Of a stretch of 64,000 bases of DNA, positions 60,601 through 64,000 are shown in pieces. Origin of the DNA: Squalus acanthias (Eukaryota); contig CM059443.1 of assembly GCA_030390025.1 (NCBI GenBank), forward strand, positions 15,934,001-15,998,000, in the 5' to 3' direction. The notes beneath the pieces were generated by a model. That model had not been told where the DNA came from, did not search any database, and saw only the letters and a program-made list of their open reading frames with translations. Made by a program: the position numbers and the translations under genes. Positions within the stretch are counted from its first letter, which is position 1. The number at the start of each line of letters is the position of its first letter.

Positions 60601-62741
60601 TGCACTTAGATCCTGTTAAAACCAGCTGGCATAGATAACACAGTAATGCCGATCCCACATTTTGGACACCTGCTGTCTAAAAAACATGTCATGCTTGCAG
60701 ATTGGACAGAAGGATCTACACAATATTAATCTATCATTTCAAGTTACAGTACTCACTGTAGAGCTTCTCCCTCGGATAGTAATGCTAGCTGTGCATACTG
60801 CCCACAGAACACAACAGGCTCAGTTGCAATTGGACTTACCTCTGAGTGAAAATACGAAAGCATCATGATGAACATTAATCTACATGTGATTCGGAGATTG
60901 TTTTATGACTGTTTTAATATTCACATCAGTGCTTCAAACTCAGGGAGAACACAAGTTATAAAGGGAGGCTGCTATCTATTAGTTCATTTACGCTGTGAAG
61001 GTTTTGTGTGAAACAGAATTAATTTTCAAATTAAATTACACACTATAAATGTAAAACTGTCTCAGGTAAACTACTCTGCAAAAAAATAATACAATTTTCT
61101 CCAACATAGAAATGTTTCAGCCATTAATAGTTTTTTTTACAGAATGTTTAAACAATATTAGACAGGCTAATGTTCAAACAACTTAAAAAGTCTAATTTAT
61201 CTTGCAGAAAATACGTCTACAAAAACAATTGCATAAAGACAAATAGACCCACATACGCACAACTTCTTGCCACAATCAGGGTACACGCACATAGCTGGTC
61301 TCTGAAAACAGCTTACATAGACACACAGGCAAAACTGAGTTAGACAGACCTGTGTACACATACTGAAGCATGCTCACGCATGCACACCAGTCTCGAGCAG
61401 CAATTAGGCAAGCCTGTAAATATCGATACTAGCTTCTTAATGCAATCATAGGCTTGCGTAAAATCAGACTGTGTGCATAAAACAGGAAATATCTGACAAT
61501 AGTTGCACAGAAATGTGCTTCATAATAGAGATATTTAGAAGATGCATCAGCCCGATATTTTATTATTTGATGCATGTGACCTGTCACAGATTCTCCAGCT
61601 CTACACACTGATATGGTGTTTTCTGATTCTTACATTCATTAAAAATATTTTTTACATTGCAGATGTATGTTATTAAGCAATTTTTTTAGTTACAAGTTAC
61701 TTCAGAAGAATGTAATGTGTCATGTTTTCAGCACACTTTACCACAACTATCTTTTTGGATCAACAGTAGTTTGGAATGTGTTTTTCCCCTCCTTAATAAA
61801 TCTCTGGATCTTAAGAGAAACATCAGTTTGATGGATCCTGAGCCAAAATTGCTGTTGATATAGGAATTCAGTGGGTGAGTCACACATTCCAAAGAACTTA
61901 ATTTCTGACACACTTTCAAACTAAATATGTATCCCAGTTATATTTAAAGTATATGTTAAAACAGACAAGACTTAATTTTTATCCATTTGAAAATCACAAC
62001 GTCAATTAATAAAAAGATTGTAAACAGGAAATTATTTGCACTTTATTGCCTGCTTGAATCAACAACCTCATTCTAAATCTCAAAATAGCCACTATATAGC
62101 TGAAATCAGTACTGTACACAGCTCCATGTCTCTACTGTCTCAAATACAGTACCTAACAGTGTTGAACATGTCTTTGCTGCAGCCGAGAACACACGGTAGC
62201 ACTGGACAAATGTTGCCCTTGCTGCCTTATATATAGCTCCCATTGGGCAGTATTGAACATTCACCTCTTTCCTGCCTCAAGTACTGAGGACACTGGAATA
62301 TTAGAGAGAGTTTGCCTCTGCTGTTACAGGGAATATTGCAGCATTAAACAGTCATGCATCTTTCCTGCCTCAGGTACACAGATCACTACACTATTGTGAA
62401 GAGTCCACCTCTGCTGCTCGAGGTACAACGCCCAAATGATTTCCCCCCCTGGGTAAAATGCAGAGTGGGCGTGACGGTATTGTATACTGTTCCTGTTGCA
62501 ACAAGGACACAATCCAGCAGGCACAGTTATTGTATTGTTGCCTCAGGTATAGTACTCAGTGGATATAGCAGTGTCATATTTTGCTCCAGTAATCCACCAC
62601 CTCAGGCACAGCGTCCAGAAGGTACTAGACTGCTAAGATACCAGTCTCTCCAAGACCTCAGATAATATTACTCACCAGCACTGGGAGCCTGGCCATGGAT
62701 TAAAGTTGGAGGTTTCAGCCGAAAGCCAACGTTCTTCTCAT
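6614..62741 (-). CDS. RANBP3: RANBP3, spliced CDS (12 coding exons in the window; 5' exons lie upstream of the window)
   Basis: Joined exons 62741-62676, 50794-50702, 45380-45247, 30923-30774, 24991-24882, 22844-22760, 22436-22316, 21012-20888, 16281-16161, 12274-12132, 10477-10294 and 6657-6614 total 1376 nt. All introns are GT-AG and phases are consistent. The peptide matches recalled vertebrate RANBP3 ([22 protein letters not shown] motifs, RanBD1, QTTGST*). Confidence 0.95.
7236..7702 (-). mobile_element. tRNA-derived DeuSINE-type SINE (SacSINE1-like)
   Basis: A/B-box head, Deu-like core and L2-like tail; reverse-complement relative of 52734-53205. Confidence 0.8.
8245..9195 (+). mobile_element. 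Decayed CR1/L2-clade LINE 3' fragment (second family)
   Basis: RT motif remnant GVP.GSVL.P..FSCF..DLP near 8265; 3' end shared with 63795-64000. Confidence 0.7.
10294..10477 (-). CDS. RANBP3: RANBP3 exon ([23 protein letters not shown]...acidic tail), 184 nt
   Basis: Within ORF 10274..10516; acceptor ctcacag, donor gtaagc. Confidence 0.94.
11431..11720. repeat. GT-rich minisatellite (unit about 40-42 bp, gtgtgtttgtgtgcctgtgcttctgtatgtgtacgtgcgttc)
   Basis: Direct tandem copies are visible; they explain the spurious Cys/Val-rich and His/Thr-rich ORFs. Confidence 0.9.
11765..11870 (+). mobile_element. Decayed Penelope-like terminus (family B)
   Basis: cctgaaacgttaact...ctctccacagacgctg..gacctgctgagt matches the reverse complement of 42837-42973. 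Confidence 0.7.
12132..12274 (-). CDS. RANBP3: RANBP3 RanBD1 exon ([48 protein letters not shown]), 143 nt
   Basis: Within ORF 11982..12275; acceptor gttgcag, donor gtatgt. Confidence 0.95.
13113..13185. repeat. (TG)n microsatellite plus one unit of the 11.4-kb minisatellite
   Basis: tgtgtg...gcctgtgcatctgtatgtgcgcatactcgtttgtgtgcctg. Confidence 0.8.
13908..14340 (-). mobile_element. CR1 LINE 3' fragment
   Basis: CR1 3' end (aggagtaggccattcagccc...agatcatggctgatc). Confidence 0.75.
16161..16281 (-). CDS. RANBP3: RANBP3 RanBD1 exon ([40 protein letters not shown]), 121 nt
   Basis: RanBD1 W-x-E-R-G-x-G motif; acceptor atttcag, donor gtatga. Confidence 0.95.
17947..18177. mobile_element. Penelope-like mini-element (family A) with inverted duplication and hammerhead motifs
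   Basis: 91-bp inverted repeat; CTGACGA-stem-GAAA motif; direct repeat cttgtgtagctg on both flanks. Confidence 0.8.
19505..20215 (+). mobile_element. CR1 LINE 3' fragment (ORF 19480..19983)
   Basis: [20 protein letters not shown]; CR1 3' tail ttcttatgttctta. Confidence 0.9.
20888..21012 (-). CDS. RANBP3: RANBP3 exon ([42 protein letters not shown]), start of RanBD1, 125 nt
   Basis: Translated by hand; acceptor ataccag, donor gtatgt. Confidence 0.93.
21962..22125. mobile_element. hAT-type MITE, 164 bp
   Basis: TIRs CAATGTTCCCTTTAA and TTAGAGGGAACACTG; 8-bp flanks gctgtgta and gttctgta (6 of 8 match). Confidence 0.7.
22316..22436 (-). CDS. RANBP3: RANBP3 exon ([14 protein letters not shown]...EPMPEK), 121 nt
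   Basis: Acceptor tttgcag, donor gtaacg; a second in-frame donor lies at 22301. Confidence 0.88.
22760..22844 (-). CDS. RANBP3: RANBP3 exon ([28 protein letters not shown]), second FxFG motif, 85 nt
   Basis: Translated by hand; acceptor actgtag, donor gtgagt; not in the ORF track. Confidence 0.92.
22895..23590 (+). mobile_element. Old CR1 LINE fragment
   Basis: Degenerate RT C-terminal motifs (YEERL.K, RT.GH.YKL). Confidence 0.55.
24882..24991 (-). CDS. RANBP3: RANBP3 exon (IVEGCDV...[15 protein letters not shown]), 110 nt
   Basis: Acceptor gttgcag, donor gtaagt; ATNYFLQYI motif. Confidence 0.92.
25770..26000 (-). pseudogene. Fossil Myb/SANT-like ORF, probably from a PIF/Harbinger transposon
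   Basis: [17 protein letters not shown], a frameshift, then [25 protein letters not shown]. Confidence 0.45.
27050..29400 (-). mobile_element. Long, old CR1 LINE remnant
   Basis: [11 protein letters not shown] (RT N-terminus) in ORF 28495..28824, plus other decayed CR1 motifs. Confidence 0.65.
28261..28399 (-). mobile_element. Penelope-like mini-element (family A), single unit with a hammerhead motif
   Basis: Near-identical to the 18044-18173 unit; 10-bp TSD ctgttagaaa (28251-60 and 28400-09). Confidence 0.8.
30774..30923 (-). CDS. RANBP3: RANBP3 exon (ENTKLAV...[14 protein letters not shown]), first FxFG motif, 150 nt
   Basis: Acceptor tttccag, donor gttcat; [12 protein letters not shown]. 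Confidence 0.92.
31207..31490 (+). mobile_element. tRNA-derived SINE (second family)
   Basis: A box TGGCTCAGTTGG and B box GGTTCGATCCC; decayed relative near 44170-44400. Confidence 0.65.
31990..33680 (+). mobile_element. Decayed L2 LINE
   Basis: Remnants such as ISNLPF and LLIL.DL; C/T-rich sense strand typical of L2. Confidence 0.6.
33685..35010 (-). mobile_element. Decayed L2 LINE containing a CR1 3' fragment (34160-34398, + strand)
   Basis: PDLSAAFDT and [12 protein letters not shown] in ORF 34386..34796; L2 tail (ataaatgcaagttattgttg). Confidence 0.7.
35075..35870 (+). mobile_element. Ty3/Gypsy integrase fossil
   Basis: [20 protein letters not shown] (35219-35278) and DWDKKLLYL resemble the rve core TTPYHPQTNGLVERFN.TLK and DWD..LP.LL. 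Confidence 0.7.
35929..38998 (-). mobile_element. Young CR1 LINE with almost complete ORF2 (APE endonuclease plus RT), broken by a few lesions
   Basis: ORF 37769..38965 ([22 protein letters not shown]), ORF 37012..37752 ([21 protein letters not shown]) and ORF 35928..36668; intact 3' tail. Confidence 0.95.
39605..40783 (+). mobile_element. CR1 LINE 3' 1.2 kb (RT core KFADDTK)
   Basis: ORFs 39841..40062, 40067..40258 and 40311..40712; same family as 35929-38998, in the opposite orientation. Confidence 0.92.
40981..41433 (-). mobile_element. Penelope-like element 3' fragment (ORF C-terminus plus pLTR, family B)
   Basis: Minus strand reads [12 protein letters not shown] (41433-41395), typical of the PLE GIY-YIG end, followed by a terminus with a hammerhead-like motif at 41115-41080. 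Confidence 0.75.
41465..41655 (+). mobile_element. Ty3/Gypsy RNase H fossil
   Basis: [24 protein letters not shown] and GVLSQ...[25 protein letters not shown]. Confidence 0.7.
42837..42973 (-). mobile_element. Penelope-like mini-element (family B), 137 bp, with an intact minimal hammerhead motif
   Basis: 14-bp TSD tcatataacctgaa (42823-36 and 42974-87); AGTT-CTGACGA-AGG..CCT-GAAA-CGTT-AACT. Confidence 0.85.
43460..43580 (+). mobile_element. Decayed family-B Penelope-like terminus
   Basis: gatgaagggctgtgcctgaaacatt...cagatactgcctgacttgc...cagcatctgcagta. Confidence 0.6.
45247..45380 (-). CDS. RANBP3: RANBP3 exon ([16 protein letters not shown]...ISHT), 134 nt
   Basis: Acceptor attccag, donor gtatgt; SSGTNGVS motif; phase 1 to 0 fits both neighbours. 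Confidence 0.88.
46785..47380 (+). mobile_element. Old CR1 LINE fragment
   Basis: [16 protein letters not shown] remnant. Confidence 0.6.
50702..50794 (-). CDS. RANBP3: RANBP3 exon ([31 protein letters not shown]), 93 nt
   Basis: Acceptor tcttgcag, donor gtaac; conserved [12 protein letters not shown] motif. Confidence 0.93.
52734..53205 (+). mobile_element. tRNA-derived DeuSINE-type SINE, full length
   Basis: A box TGGCTCAGTTGG, B box GGTTCAAGTCC, Deu-like core, L2-like tail ending in (TTTC)n, and a ttcttt(c)catag repeat on both flanks. Confidence 0.85.
53930..54570 (+). mobile_element. Old CR1 LINE fragment
   Basis: [14 protein letters not shown] and RTRGQKYK remnants. Confidence 0.55.
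56929..59068 (-). mobile_element. Young RTE-clade LINE, 5'-truncated (RT and C-terminal C2H2-like knuckle)
   Basis: ORF 58197..58601 ([20 protein letters not shown]) and ORF 56976..58163 ([34 protein letters not shown]); (AAG)n 3' tail. Confidence 0.93.
59170..59209. repeat. Core of three tandem 19-bp GC-rich repeats (aggacggggcccaggggc.)
   Basis: Direct copies spanning about 59150-59209. Confidence 0.75.
62676..62741 (-). CDS. RANBP3: RANBP3 exon ([23 protein letters not shown]), 66 nt, phase 1-1
   Basis: Acceptor tttttctttag, donor gtgagt; peptide nearly identical to RANBP3. Confidence 0.93.
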
Positions 62742-63311
62742 CTAAAGAAAAAGGAACCCAGTGAATAAGTCTGTAGCACGTATGAAGTAGACATATCAAA
62801 AGTAAATCCAGCAGCACAGCTGATTTACTCATATCACCTTGCAGGTTCTTGTTTAAGTCCGAGACGTACATTCAGACTTATGCTCACCTGCTCATTTCTT
62901 TACGGGACCAGTACATTGGGTACTCCACAAAGGAGAGCACACACAGAGCACCCATCCTTCCAACTTCTAGAGGTTATATGGAAGGAAACAGGTAAAGCAC
63001 AGAAGAGGACTAAGGAAGTGGAAACACTTCCCAATGCTGGATTGTAGGACTTACCTGGCTCTGAGTCAGAGTTGCTGGCTGCTGCCTGGCAGAAACTCAA
63101 TGGCATAAAGACATTATTCTTTGGAACTGCAAGATAAAGACAGCGGCAGTGAGTGTCAACAGATCACACCAGTTTTAACAACCCCTAATTCTGCAGCCTG
63201 CCCAATAATGCCCCATCCTTTTAGTGTATATACAGGGATTTTACAGTTAAGGATAAGGACTGCAAACAGTGTCAGCGGCATAAACAAATGGTCACTGGTC
63301 AAGGCAACATA

Positions 63312-63357
63312 CCGACCCGACAACACTCTCTTGTCCGACCCGACAACACTCTCTTGT
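63312..63357. repeat. Perfect 23-bp tandem duplication (ccgacccgacaacactctcttgt x2)
   Basis: Read directly from the sequence. Confidence 0.9.
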
Positions 63358-63794
63358 CTGACACACCAAGCTATGAAAGACCATACTGAAGCTTGGCGAT
63401 TAACTTTGTCATCATTCGTTTATCCACCACATATTAGAATATCACAGTTGCGCCAAAAAGGTGACCAATTCAGGATTTAATTTTAAAACCTGCCTTAACT
63501 TTAGAATACTAATGATTTCTCTCATTTCAGCAACAGTCTGACCTGGGACCTCTGATGAGATGATCTGTTGAGTAATTGGCAAAATAGTGCATTTTAGTTT
63601 GAACTGGTCATGTCTATGATGTCACGAGGCCGAATTTCAAAAAGGGCAGATCACATTGGTTGAAAAAAAACAATGGATTTTAAATTAGTCTGCTTATCAA
63701 AAATTAAATTTTCTTTCAAGTGTCCTATTTGGCTCTCCCACAGCAATAGAATAAATTATCCGGCCATTATCTCATTGCTATTTGTGGTCATTAT

Positions 63795-64000
63795 TTTTTT
63801 TATTCGTTCCGGGATGTGGGCGTCGCTGGCAAGGCCAGCATTTATTGCCCATCCCTAATTGCCCTCGAGAAGGTGCTGGTGAGCCACCTTCTTGAACTGC
63901 TGCAGTCTGTGCGGGGAACGTACTCCCACAGTGCTGTTAGGGTGGTAGCTCCAGGATTTGACCCAGCGACTATGAAGGAACGACGATATATTTCCAAGTC
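63795..64000 (-). mobile_element. LINE 3' end (same family as 8245-9195), running off the window
   Basis: A-rich tail and gggatgggcaataaatgctggcc motif on the minus strand. Confidence 0.7.

Noticed and set aside
1-64000. Prokaryote-type systems (CRISPR arrays, operons, rRNA)
   Set aside because: None seen; the window is intron-rich eukaryotic DNA.

Overview
Vertebrate nuclear DNA. The repeat content (shark-type CR1 LINEs, DeuSINE-type SINEs, Penelope-like termini) points to a cartilaginous fish. The window holds the 3' part of one spliced gene on the minus strand, RANBP3 (Ran-binding protein 3, a CRM1 export cofactor). I traced 12 coding exons between 62741 and 6614, all with GT-AG boundaries and compatible phases, giving about 458 C-terminal codons with two FxFG motifs, a RanBD1 domain and the C-terminus QTTGST*. 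The 5' exons lie beyond the window. The introns are filled with CR1, L2 and RTE LINEs, SINEs, MITEs and fossils of a Gypsy element and probably a Harbinger element. The most unusual signal is two families of very short (about 140 bp), TSD-flanked, Penelope-derived retroelements that carry minimal hammerhead-ribozyme motifs. One of them forms a 91-bp near-perfect hairpin, and several lie in the sense orientation of the RANBP3 pre-mRNA. Family assignments come from motif recognition by eye, not database searches.
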